The notes under the pieces were generated by a model that saw only the letters and a program-made list of their open reading frames with translations, was not told where the DNA came from and made no database searches. Source: Candidatus Magasanikiibacteriota bacterium (GTDB lineage Bacteria > Patescibacteriota > Patescibacteriia > Magasanikbacterales > GWA2-37-8). Taken from it: DNA of 62,235 nucleotides. Positions 10,164 through 18,603 of the stretch are shown here, piece after piece (within the stretch, counting starts at the first letter, position 1; every line of letters starts with the position of its first letter). Position numbers and translations under genes: made by a program. The stretch spans positions 810,447 through 872,681 of the forward strand of contig DAIOHD010000001.1 in the NCBI GenBank assembly GCA_036744835.1. Direction: 5' to 3'.

Positions 10164-10715
10164 TTAAAAATTCTTTTTATATCCAACACTACGAATCAAA
10201 AACTTTCCTTTTTCTTCACTTAGATCAATGAAATCATCAGCTTCTTCTTTGAGACGAGCTGAAGTAGTTCCGCCGAAAGCGACTATTTCCACTTGTTTAC
10301 CTTGATTTTGTAAATATTCTACCAAAGGTAGATAGTCTCCATCTCCAGAAACAATAATAATGGTGTCTAAACTTGGTGACAAACGAATAGCATCAACTGT
10401 GATACCTACATCCCAATCTCCTTTTTTTTCTCCACCATAAAATGTTTGAAGGGGTTTTTCGCGAGTTTCTATCCCGAGATTATAGAGCGCTTCAAAAAAA
10501 GGCTGTTCTTCTTTGCTCTCGGTCGAAATTACATAAGCAATGGCCCGAATAAGTTTACGACTGGCTACCGCCTCACGAACAATTTGACCAAAATTAACTT
10601 TGGCGCCAAACAAATTTTTGGCGCTGTAATACATATTTTGTACATCAATAAACACCCCAACGCGTTGTTCGGGGTGTTTAAGTGGATTTGATTTGTTATT
10701 CGGTTTCATTTTCAT
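10164..10715 (-). CDS. NYN/LabA-DUF88 PIN-like domain protein
   Basis: VFIDVQNM, KGDWDVGITVD, IVSGDGDYLPL, ADDFIDL. Confidence 0.9.
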   Translation of the reverse strand: MKMKPNNKSNPLKHPEQRVGVFIDVQNMYYSAKNLFGAKVNFGQIVREAVASRKLIRAIAYVISTESKEEQPFFEALYNLGIETREKPLQTFYGGEKKGDWDVGITVDAIRLSPSLDTIIIVSGDGDYLPLVEYLQNQGKQVEIVAFGGTTSARLKEEADDFIDLSEEKGKFLIRSVGYKKNF

Positions 10716-11067
10716 TTTCTAAATCTTTTTCTATTTCTTCTTCCAAAACATCTTCCTCGGAAGTTTCCACTTCTTTGGCATTTGGATTTTTTATCACTCT
10801 TGATTGTTTTAATTTCAATTTTTTAGCCAAATCTTCAAAACTTTTTAAGTTTTCTTTTTTAAGATAATTTATCAAACGACGTCGAGCGCTGACTTTGCGA
10901 AGTAATCCCCGACGAGAAGAATGATCTTTTGGGTGAGATTTTAAGTGTCCTGCTAATTCCTCAATTTCATGAGTTAAAATAGCAATTTGCACTTCGGAAC
11001 TTCCTGTATCTCCAGTGTGAGTAGCAAATTTTTTGATGATTTGCTGTTTCTTTTTATTGTCCAACAT
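10696..11067 (-). CDS. rpsO: 30S ribosomal protein S15 with acidic C-terminal extension
   Basis: DTGSSEVQIAILT, HPKDHSSRRGLL. Confidence 0.96.
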   Translation of the reverse strand: MLDNKKKQQIIKKFATHTGDTGSSEVQIAILTHEIEELAGHLKSHPKDHSSRRGLLRKVSARRRLINYLKKENLKSFEDLAKKLKLKQSRVIKNPNAKEVETSEEDVLEEEIEKDLENENETE

Positions 11068-11169
11068 ACAAAAATATTGATTAATACCACGATCTGGGGT
11101 ATGGGTCCCGAACGGGTTAAATAAACTGTCCTGTCCGCCTTAGGCGGATAAGAATCTTTTAATATAAAG

Positions 11170-11198
11170 ATATTAGCAAAAATATAGGGTTTTGTCAA
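11170..11198 (-). promoter_or_regulatory. sigma70 promoter for rpsO-NYN-pnp
   Basis: TTGACA-17bp-TAATAT. Confidence 0.6.
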
Positions 11199-11209
11199 GG
11201 ATATATTAA

Positions 11210-11896
11210 TTAATTATTACACGTACCGGAGGTTAAAGAATTCGGATAAAGTTTATCTGTGCAATATTGTTTACATTTCTCTCCCTGTGAGCCCACATCC
11301 ATCATTGTTTGAGGATCACTAGCTACTAAACCACTGTTATTGTCTGTACAACGACAACAAGCCATATTACTAACATCGGGTTCATTTCTTTCAGCTGGAC
11401 AATTTACATTTGTGATACATTCTGTACTTCCGGCAGGATAAAAAGAACCTCCATCAATACAATCACTCTGGTTAGCTACATTAATGCAACTATCAACATA
11501 TATACAACAACCCGTTTCCGCATTAAAAGAGCCTACTCTTGAAATTACAAAATTAGCAATTGCATAAGATAAAACTACTATAATCAAACCAATGATTGCT
11601 TGTTCCATAGTACTTTTAGCTTTTTCTATTAAATTTTCCTGGCCACGAGCTGTTACCCAACGTAAACCAGCATAAACCGTTAAACCAAAAAATATAAAGG
11701 CTACCGTAGCAAAGGCAATATTAATCACCAAACCAATAGTATTATAAATATTTCCTTGATTGGATTCATAACCCGCTTTTTGCGCAGTTTGAGATAAACC
11801 AAATCCTTGGGAAAAAGTCAAAAGAGGAACGCAAAGCGCTATTGCAAAAATAGCTAAAATAAATACTTTTTTAATTGTTTTATTTGTAAAATGCAT
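11210..11896 (-). CDS. VirB2/TrbC-like pilin with two Cys-rich C-terminal modules (pilin 12, detached from array)
   Basis: YAGLRWVTARGQENLIEKAKSTMEQAIIGLII motif shared with the array; about 13 Cys in the C-terminal half. Confidence 0.8.
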   Translation of the reverse strand: MHFTNKTIKKVFILAIFAIALCVPLLTFSQGFGLSQTAQKAGYESNQGNIYNTIGLVINIAFATVAFIFFGLTVYAGLRWVTARGQENLIEKAKSTMEQAIIGLIIVVLSYAIANFVISRVGSFNAETGCCIYVDSCINVANQSDCIDGGSFYPAGSTECITNVNCPAERNEPDVSNMACCRCTDNNSGLVASDPQTMMDVGSQGEKCKQYCTDKLYPNSLTSGTCNN

Positions 11897-11989
11897 ACAA
11901 AAATGCTTAATAATTATATTTAAGCTATCTTTATTCTAACACATCTTGATTTTTTGAGCAAAGAATGATATAGTTGCTGGTGCATTTTT

Positions 11990-12061
11990 GTCCCCATAGT
12001 TCAATGGATAGAACATCAGCCTTCTAAGCTGAATATGTAGGTTCGATTCCTACTGGGGATA
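11990..12061 (+). tRNA. tRNA-Arg(TCT)
   Basis: GTCCCCA/TGGGGAT acceptor, TCAGC-CT TCT AA-GCTGA; upstream TTGATT-17-TATAGT promoter at 11946-11974. Confidence 0.95.
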
Positions 12062-12178
12062 CAAGGAAGTTGAAAGTAAAAAACTTGCCCGACGTAATAT
12101 GATGAAGCCGGGGGGTTGAAAAATAAAAACTTTCTGCTATAATGTTTATAATTATAATTAATACTTAACATAAATTTT

Positions 12179-12295
12179 ATGAATAGTGCTTATCGTGCTC
12201 GAATCAGACACTGCAAAAAAAACACAAAAATTGGTAAAATTTTGAAAACAAAAACCAAAATTTTACGTAAACGTGTTAGTAAGATTTCAATTTAG
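12179..12295 (+). CDS. Putative 38-aa highly basic small protein
   Basis: MNSAYRARIRHCKKNTKIGKILKTKTKILRKRVSKISI; upstream TTGAAA-16-TATAAT with extended -10 TG (12116-12143); below the ORF-track size cutoff. Confidence 0.5.
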   Translation: MNSAYRARIRHCKKNTKIGKILKTKTKILRKRVSKISI

Positions 12296-12405
12296 TTAGT
12301 CTTCAGTCTACAGACTACAGACCACACCTAAAACGAGAATGGTAAGTAGACCGTAGTCCGTAGTCTGATGGACTGAAGTCCAACTTATCCTGAAGTCCAA
12401 TATAC

Positions 12406-12478
12406 GGTGGCTATGGTATAATGGTTATTACATCGGTTTGTGGTACCGATAATTCGGGTTCAATTCCCGATAGCCACC
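12406..12478 (+). tRNA. tRNA-His(GTG)
   Basis: Encoded G-1, GTGGCTA/TAGCCAC acceptor, C73, TCGGT-TT GTG GT-ACCGA. Confidence 0.95.
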
Positions 12479-12479
12479 C

Positions 12480-12654
12480 AAATACAAAAAACGCTTCTAC
12501 AAAAAGAAGTGTTTTTTATTATAAAAATGTCCATTAAAATTGAACAGGAAAGGGAGAAAACGATAGTTTTCTCTTACTGAGGAAAGATATTGGAAAACCC
12601 GAAGGTTTTTCAAAGAGGTGTGAAACACCGAGTGAAATTTCCCGATAGCCACCC
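12480..12654 (+). mobile_element. tRNA-linked structured cassette (His copy)
   Basis: Terminator-like hairpin, inverted T-arm AATTGAAC (12538-12545), three hairpins, then a 16-bp direct copy of the tRNA 3' end TTCCCGATAGCCACCC (12639-12654). Confidence 0.65.
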
Positions 12655-12835
12655 CAAAAAAACACCCTCTAAAGAGTGTTTTTTAATTTTCAATTTTTAA
12701 TTAATTTTCATTTATCAATTTTCAATTATTAATCTAAAATTGACGAATCTTGCAATCTTGTGATTTTAAAATTTATGCATTCAATATCTGTTTTTCTTCT
12801 TTACAAAAAACCTCTTTTACCCCTATACTTAAATC

Positions 12836-13924
12836 ATGAACAAGCAAATCCAAAAAATATTGTTTTTATCCATGTCTGCTGGTGCCGGTCATAAACGCGC
12901 AGCAGAAGCTCTTTTTTTGAGCTGTCAAAAAGAATATCCTGAAATTCAATCTCAGCATATTGATATTTTGGATTATTCTACCAAATTTTTAAATTTAAAT
13001 ACGGCACAAGCCTATCACTTTTTGGTTAAATATTTTCCTTTTATTTATCGTCTAGCTTACCAAATTACCAATTTCTCAAAAACCACTATTTCAATAGAAA
13101 AACTTTCCGGACTTTTTGCTTTAAACAGTTTGAAACTTCAAAAATTTATAGAAAATTATCACCCCGATCTGATAGTGGCCACGCACTTTTTAGTTCCAAC
13201 CATGCTCAAAAAAAATTTTCCCGATTTACCTATAGATATGGTTATCACGGACTATGGCCTTCATGGTTTTTGGTTAAACCCAAAAATAAGAAATTTTTAT
13301 GTCGCAACACAAGAAATGGCCGACATATTAAATAATCGCGGACTACAGGCTTTTGCCACCGGCTTACCGATTCATCCCGGTTTTTTTGAAGAAAAAAACT
13401 CAGAATCTTTAAAAATAAAATATGATATAAAATCAAACAACCCGACTATTTTAATAATGTCAGGCGGATTTGGTTTAAAAAATCAAAAATTTTTAATAAA
13501 AAAAGTTCTTAAAAATTTTCCTGATTTTAATTTATTGGTTATCGCCGGAAAAAATAATAAAAAATTGATAAAAAAATATTTATCGCTTAAAAATGAAAAA
13601 ACCAACCATTATCAAGTTTTTGAATTTGTAGAAAAAATAGAAGATCTAATGACACTTTCTGATATTATTATCACCAAACCAGGTGGCATCACTTTAACCG
13701 AATGTGCCTATTTAAATAAAAAAATAATTTTAAATTGCCCGATCCCGGGACAAGAAGAAATAAATAAAAATTATTTTATCAAACACGGATTAGCTTTTGA
13801 TTTAGACAAAAAAAATATTGCTTGGCAAATAAAAAATCTACTGATACAAGAAGATAAAGTTTCATTTTTACCCAAAAATTCTAGTGATCAAATCCTTCAA
13901 ATAGTATTAAAAAACAGCCCTTGA
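12836..13924 (+). CDS. GT28-like glycosyltransferase (MGDG synthase/UgtP family)
   Basis: SAGAGHKRAA, PDLIVATHF, VITDYGLHGFW, ITKPGGITLTE, PIPGQEEIN. Confidence 0.9.
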   Translation: MNKQIQKILFLSMSAGAGHKRAAEALFLSCQKEYPEIQSQHIDILDYSTKFLNLNTAQAYHFLVKYFPFIYRLAYQITNFSKTTISIEKLSGLFALNSLKLQKFIENYHPDLIVATHFLVPTMLKKNFPDLPIDMVITDYGLHGFWLNPKIRNFYVATQEMADILNNRGLQAFATGLPIHPGFFEEKNSESLKIKYDIKSNNPTILIMSGGFGLKNQKFLIKKVLKNFPDFNLLVIAGKNNKKLIKKYLSLKNEKTNHYQVFEFVEKIEDLMTLSDIIITKPGGITLTECAYLNKKIILNCPIPGQEEINKNYFIKHGLAFDLDKKNIAWQIKNLLIQEDKVSFLPKNSSDQILQIVLKNSP

Positions 13925-13938
13925 CGGGCTGTTTTTTT
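13909..13938. terminator. Bidirectional intrinsic terminator between convergent GT and pilin array
   Basis: AAAAAACAGCCC-TTGAC-GGGCTGTTTTTTT. Confidence 0.85.
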
Positions 13939-13945
13939 GAAAAAA

Positions 13946-14362
13946 TTAAGGAAATCTCCTAAAAGGAGCACCTTCCAAAAGAAGTATTTTGAAAACCAAA
14001 ATAGTAATTGAATAAGATAAAAAAATAATTGTTAAACCGATAATCGAAGCAGTAAGAATTTTTTTGGCTTTTTCTATATTTCCTTCATCTCCACCGGCTG
14101 TCATCCATAAAAATCCTGCATACAAAGTCAAAAGGAGAAAAACGAAACCAAGTAACCCCAAGGCATATCGTATTATCAAAAAAATTGTATCTCGCGGATC
14201 GACCGGATCACTAAATCCGGCACCTTGCTCACCTGCGGCCGCTTGAAGTTGTCTTTCCATTTCAGTAGTATTGCTTTGAACCGCTAAACAAAATTCAAAA
14301 CTTCCAAAAAACAAAGCAATAAAGAATAAAATTATAAATACTTTTTTAAACATAGTTTTCAA
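13946..14362 (-). CDS. VirB2/TrbC-like pilin (array 11)
   Basis: Signal peptide; YAGFLWMTAGGDEGNIEKAKKILTASIIGL. Confidence 0.82.
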   Translation of the reverse strand: MKTMFKKVFIILFFIALFFGSFEFCLAVQSNTTEMERQLQAAAGEQGAGFSDPVDPRDTIFLIIRYALGLLGFVFLLLTLYAGFLWMTAGGDEGNIEKAKKILTASIIGLTIIFLSYSITILVFKILLLEGAPFRRFP

Positions 14363-14373
14363 AATTAAATGGA

Positions 14374-15012
14374 TTAATCAGAGACTATCCCTTTGTATTG
14401 CGAGCATCTAAACTCAAAATCATTTTGCGCTTTTACACAATTGTCAGTAAACCACCTTCCGGAAACTTCAATGCATTTCGATTCTCCTTGATTTTCGTAA
14501 CAATCACCACAAGGTATATTATAAGCGGCGGCGCCAACACCCACTTTTTTTGTACAACCAGGTTCTTGAACAAAACAACATCCACTGTAAAGACTTGGGC
14601 CAGTCGGAGTAAGCTCACCATATGGCTCCGGAGCAGTTGTGCCAACTACAAAATTCATAATCAAAGCGGTGATACTATAAGACAACAGTATGATCCCCAT
14701 TCCGATAACTGAAGACGGAAAAATTTTTTTGGCTTTAGCAATATTATCTTCGTTACCTCCACCAAACATCCATAGATATCCGGCATACATCATCAAAACA
14801 AGAAAAATAGCGCCGGTAAAACCTAAAAGAAAATTGATATATCGACCGACAGTTTCAGACAACGTCGTATCTTTAACCCCTTCAACAGATAATCCACCTT
14901 GCTGTGCTATTCCTTGGGCCGCACCTAAACCAATATCCGGCTGAGCCCAAACAGCAATGCCCAAAAAAAGAAAGACTAAGGTAAAAAATAAAATTAAATA
15001 TTTTTTAATCAT
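14374..15012 (-). CDS. VirB2/TrbC-like pilin with Cys-rich tail (array 10)
   Basis: YAGYLWMFGGGNEDNIAKAKK; GCC...C..C tail; start moved from 15027 to MIKKY. Confidence 0.82.
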   Translation of the reverse strand: MIKKYLILFFTLVFLFLGIAVWAQPDIGLGAAQGIAQQGGLSVEGVKDTTLSETVGRYINFLLGFTGAIFLVLMMYAGYLWMFGGGNEDNIAKAKKIFPSSVIGMGIILLSYSITALIMNFVVGTTAPEPYGELTPTGPSLYSGCCFVQEPGCTKKVGVGAAAYNIPCGDCYENQGESKCIEVSGRWFTDNCVKAQNDFEFRCSQYKGIVSD

Positions 15013-15016
15013 ATTA

Positions 15017-15418
15017 TTAATCACCAATAGGCGTTTGCGGTGTCGTCACTTTACGCGTTGATGATGTTATTAAAAAAGTAATACTATAAGACATAATAAT
15101 AATTATCAAACCAATAGTGGCAGCCGTAATAATATTTTTAGCTTTTTCTATTTTTTCATCATTCCCACTGGCAGTCATCCACAAAAAACCAGCATAAAAT
15201 GTCAAAACAAAAAATATTACTCCGAGCATCCCCAAAACAGATTTTATAATTCCTCCGATAGTAGTGGACAACGAAGTATCATCTACCTCCGTAGAATATC
15301 CGGAACCCTGCGCTACATTTTGCAAAGGATCCTTATACTCTTTTTCAACCGCAAAACAAAAAACAGTTGGAAAAAACAAACCTATAATAAACAAGAATAA
15401 AATAATTTTCTTTAACAT
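15017..15418 (-). CDS. VirB2/TrbC-like pilin (array 9)
   Basis: YAGFLWMTASGNDEKIEKAKNIITAATIGL. Confidence 0.82.
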   Translation of the reverse strand: MLKKIILFLFIIGLFFPTVFCFAVEKEYKDPLQNVAQGSGYSTEVDDTSLSTTIGGIIKSVLGMLGVIFFVLTFYAGFLWMTASGNDEKIEKAKNIITAATIGLIIIIMSYSITFLITSSTRKVTTPQTPIGD

Positions 15419-15424
15419 ATCCTT

Positions 15425-15787
15425 TTAAGAAACTCTGTTTAAAATAAACGTCGTTATGGCATAAGAACCAAGAGTAACCGCCATCCCAATGGCACACCAC
15501 ATCAAAATACTTTTGGCTTTTTCTATCTTATCTTCGTTACCAGAAGAGCTCAACCATAAAATACCGGCATAAATCATAAAAATAAAAAATAATGTATTTA
15601 CCAAAATCATAACATTACCCACAATATTGGAAGTAGCATCGTCAAAATTGGAAAATTTCAAACCTTTGGCAAAAGTTGACATCTTTGTTCCTGAATCTTT
15701 GAACGTGACTGCTTGAGCTTCTAAAACAAAACCAAACAAAAAGACACAGAAGTAAATTGTCAGAAAAAATTTAGCTATTTTTTTCAT
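15425..15787 (-). CDS. VirB2/TrbC-like pilin (array 8)
   Basis: YAGILWLSSSGNEDKIEKAKSILMW. Confidence 0.8.
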   Translation of the reverse strand: MKKIAKFFLTIYFCVFLFGFVLEAQAVTFKDSGTKMSTFAKGLKFSNFDDATSNIVGNVMILVNTLFFIFMIYAGILWLSSSGNEDKIEKAKSILMWCAIGMAVTLGSYAITTFILNRVS

Positions 15788-15816
15788 AACGTTAACTTAA
15801 AAACTTGGTATAAAAA

Positions 15817-16299
15817 CTATTTAACACAACATGCAAATTCTCCTTCTTGACAATTTGCTTTTGTCGCATCTCCAAAATAACCGCCTATTTCTTCGCAAGC
15901 ATCTATTTGATCTTGTTGAAAACAATTACAACTTTCACTTGTCGGACTAGCCCCTCCCAACTTACTTCCTACAAAATAAGTAATCGTATAAGCAGACAAT
16001 ACGATTGCTAAACCAATAATCGCTGCTTTAAGGATGTCTTTGGCTTTTTCTATTTTTCCTTCTTCACCGCTTGCAGTCATCCATAAAACACCAGCATATA
16101 TAGTAAGTACCAAAAACAAAGTACCAAGCATCCCAAGCACAGCTGCAATAATTCCTCCAACTCTGGACTCTAATGTGGCTTGAGAAATTTTTGCTTTACT
16201 GGCAATAGTAGTTAATTTTGAATGACCCAAATCCTGAGCAAAAACCAATGAACCAAAAAACAAGCCTATCGTCAAAATTAAAAGAAAAATTTTTTTCAT
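15817..16299 (-). CDS. VirB2/TrbC-like pilin with Cys-rich tail (array 7)
   Basis: YAGVLWMTASGEEGKIEKAKDILKAAIIGL; SCNC...C...C...CC tail. Confidence 0.82.
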   Translation of the reverse strand: MKKIFLLILTIGLFFGSLVFAQDLGHSKLTTIASKAKISQATLESRVGGIIAAVLGMLGTLFLVLTIYAGVLWMTASGEEGKIEKAKDILKAAIIGLAIVLSAYTITYFVGSKLGGASPTSESCNCFQQDQIDACEEIGGYFGDATKANCQEGEFACCVK

Positions 16300-16349
16300 A
16301 TATGAAAATAACAGATATAAATGAAATAAGTTTAAAAAAGAAAATTTTG

Positions 16350-16871
16350 TTATTTTTTAAGTTTAACTACACAACATTTGATGTTTGTACCACCTTCACA
16401 TTTACCAGCAACATAATTTCCTTGTACGCCTTGATAAGCACATTCCATATTATCTGGTTGACATTCGGCAAAATCGGCTTCTTGCATCAATGTTGTACAA
16501 CCTTTGGCTGAAGTGACACTTAATAGATTTCCAAAAACAAAATTAACTATGGCATAGGCGGCCAAAACTATCACCAAACCAGTAACTGCAGCGATCAAAA
16601 TACCTTTGGCTTTTTCTACTTTGGCTTCCGCCCCGCTGGCGGTCATCCATAAAAATCCAGCATAAACGACCAATAAAAAAAAGATAATACCCAGATAAAT
16701 CGTAGCTTGCCCCAAAATCAAACCAACAGCGCCGGGAATAGTTTTTTGTTGAGAAACACTAGTACTAACTAAACCAGAAATTATCCCCGCTTCTTCTAGG
16801 CCCCCTTGAGCAAACGCAATAGAGGCTGATAAACAGCAAACTAAAAATAATAATAAAATAATTTTACGCAT
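16350..16871 (-). CDS. VirB2/TrbC-like pilin with Cys-rich tail (array 6)
   Basis: YAGFLWMTASGAEAKVEKAKGIL; six-Cys tail ending IKCC; start moved to MRKIILL. Confidence 0.82.
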   Translation of the reverse strand: MRKIILLLFLVCCLSASIAFAQGGLEEAGIISGLVSTSVSQQKTIPGAVGLILGQATIYLGIIFFLLVVYAGFLWMTASGAEAKVEKAKGILIAAVTGLVIVLAAYAIVNFVFGNLLSVTSAKGCTTLMQEADFAECQPDNMECAYQGVQGNYVAGKCEGGTNIKCCVVKLKK

Positions 16872-16884
16872 ATTTTCTAAAAAA

Positions 16885-17298
16885 TTATGCTCCGCCAACC
16901 AAGCGATTGAATATAAATTCAGAAATGGCGTAGGCCAAAGAAATAACCACTATTCCCGTCAAAGCATTTTCAATAATACCTTTGGCTTTTTCAACTTCAC
17001 TGGAATTATCTTTGGCCTTTATCCAAATAAAACCAGCATAAAGGACCAAAGTAAATAAAACTATTCCAACAAAACCCAAAATCACCGTCACTATGCTTTG
17101 GGCGATTGCCAAAGGTTCTTTGTTGGCTATGCCGATAGTTGAAAGCAAACTATTGTGATAAACTTTTTGCGCCCCGTATTGAATGGCTTTTTTATCGGCC
17201 ACATCATCAGCAAATACCAAAAACGGCAACAATAAAAAAAATGCAATTAAAAGAATTGAAAAAGGTATTTTAAATTTTTTTAAAATATTTTTTATCAT
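16885..17298 (-). CDS. VirB2/TrbC-like pilin (array 5)
   Basis: YAGFIWIKAKDNSSEVEKAKGIIENALTGI; start moved to MIKNIL. Confidence 0.8.
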   Translation of the reverse strand: MIKNILKKFKIPFSILLIAFFLLLPFLVFADDVADKKAIQYGAQKVYHNSLLSTIGIANKEPLAIAQSIVTVILGFVGIVLFTLVLYAGFIWIKAKDNSSEVEKAKGIIENALTGIVVISLAYAISEFIFNRLVGGA

Positions 17299-17340
17299 AT
17301 TGTTTTTTACAGACAAAATTTTGTCTACAAAAAACAATTT

Positions 17341-17380
17341 TTTAAAAGGGGGTTGCGCGCGCGAACCCCCTTTTAAAAAA
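17341..17380. terminator. Strong hairpin inside the pilin array
   Basis: TTTAAAAGGGGGTT-GCGCGCGCG-AACCCCCTTTTAAA. Confidence 0.65.
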
Positions 17381-17382
17381 AA

Positions 17383-17799
17383 TTAAAACGTTGCTGTGCC
17401 GGTTGTGGCGCCGACCAAAGAATTGATAACAAAATTGGCCAAGGCATAGGCTGACAAGATAATCGCCAAACCGATAATACCGGAGAAAATCCATTTTTTA
17501 CCGGTCTCTACGCGACCCTCGTCACCTCCAGCTGTCATCCAATAAAAACCACCAATAAGGATGATAACTACGGCTACGATACCAAGTAAGCCCATCATCA
17601 CTCTAATAATAGAAGCTACTGTGGTACGGACATCTTGAGTACCTAAACCTATTTTAGCACCGTAAGAAACACCCAAACTGTCGGTATCTATCAAACCTGT
17701 AGGAGCCGGGGTGTCGACAGCTAATACATTATTAGCTACCAAAAATAAACCGCCCAACATCATCGAGGTCATGACTATGATTGAAACTAGTTTTTGCAT
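17383..17799 (-). CDS. VirB2/TrbC-like pilin (array 4; candidate major subunit)
   Basis: IGGFYWMTAGGDEGRVETGKKWIFSGIIGL; only array member with a clear SD (AAAGGGGGTG). Confidence 0.82.
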   Translation of the reverse strand: MQKLVSIIVMTSMMLGGLFLVANNVLAVDTPAPTGLIDTDSLGVSYGAKIGLGTQDVRTTVASIIRVMMGLLGIVAVVIILIGGFYWMTAGGDEGRVETGKKWIFSGIIGLAIILSAYALANFVINSLVGATTGTATF

Positions 17800-17880
17800 A
17801 TATTCACCCCCTTTCTATAATTATTTTTTTTACTATTCATATATTCATTTTACGCTATTTTCTTTTTTTTCGCAAACTTT

Positions 17881-18219
17881 TTAACCAACAATCTGAAAAA
17901 CTGTGGAAACCAATAAATAGCTAGAAAAAACCAAAATAAGCCCAATAGCCGCCCAAAGCATAGTTTGTGTTCCATTTTTTATCTTTTCTTCACTACCAGC
18001 GGCAGTTAACCATTGAAAACCACCGTAAACCATCATTATCAAAGCAACACCGCCGACTATCCCCAAAAAAGACTGGATAACAATACCTATAATAGTAGCA
18101 GGACTTTCCGCCTCAATTTTTATAGGATTCTGTAAATCAACCGTTTGTTGACCAAAAACCGTCAATGGAACCAAAAAAATAAACAAACAAAGTAATAAGC
18201 TAAAAACAATTTTTTTCAT
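17881..18219 (-). CDS. VirB2/TrbC-like pilin (array 3)
   Basis: YGGFQWLTAAGSEEKIKNGTQTMLWAAIGL. Confidence 0.82.
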   Translation of the reverse strand: MKKIVFSLLLCLFIFLVPLTVFGQQTVDLQNPIKIEAESPATIIGIVIQSFLGIVGGVALIMMVYGGFQWLTAAGSEEKIKNGTQTMLWAAIGLILVFSSYLLVSTVFQIVG

Positions 18220-18231
18220 AATTTTAAAAAA

Positions 18232-18603
18232 TTAGCCAAATATTCCGACAATGAACCTAACAAAAGCATAGCTGGCACCAATAGCTACTGTGCCAAGCAT
18301 TGTCCAAACCATAATCGTACGCGCTTTTTCTATTTTACTTTCATTTCCTCCGGCCGTCATCCACAAAAACCCTGCATAAACAACCAGGGCTAAAGCAATA
18401 GAACCCATAAACATAACCATGGCATTTATGCCACGACTCATCAAATCATCAACGCTAGATATTTTACTTAAATCATTAAAAGCTTTGGATTTTAAAGTCG
18501 CAGTAGAATAATCAGTAGAAAAAACAAATTTAGGGGACAATACTGTTACAATAAAAGCAGAAATTTTGAATATTTTTTTAAACATAAGTATAATTTTATT
18601 CAT
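18232..18603 (-). CDS. VirB2/TrbC-like pilin (array 2)
   Basis: YAGFLWMTAGGNESKIEKARTIMVW; start placed at the ATG overlapping the upstream stop. Confidence 0.8.
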   Translation of the reverse strand: MNKIILMFKKIFKISAFIVTVLSPKFVFSTDYSTATLKSKAFNDLSKISSVDDLMSRGINAMVMFMGSIALALVVYAGFLWMTAGGNESKIEKARTIMVWTMLGTVAIGASYAFVRFIVGIFG

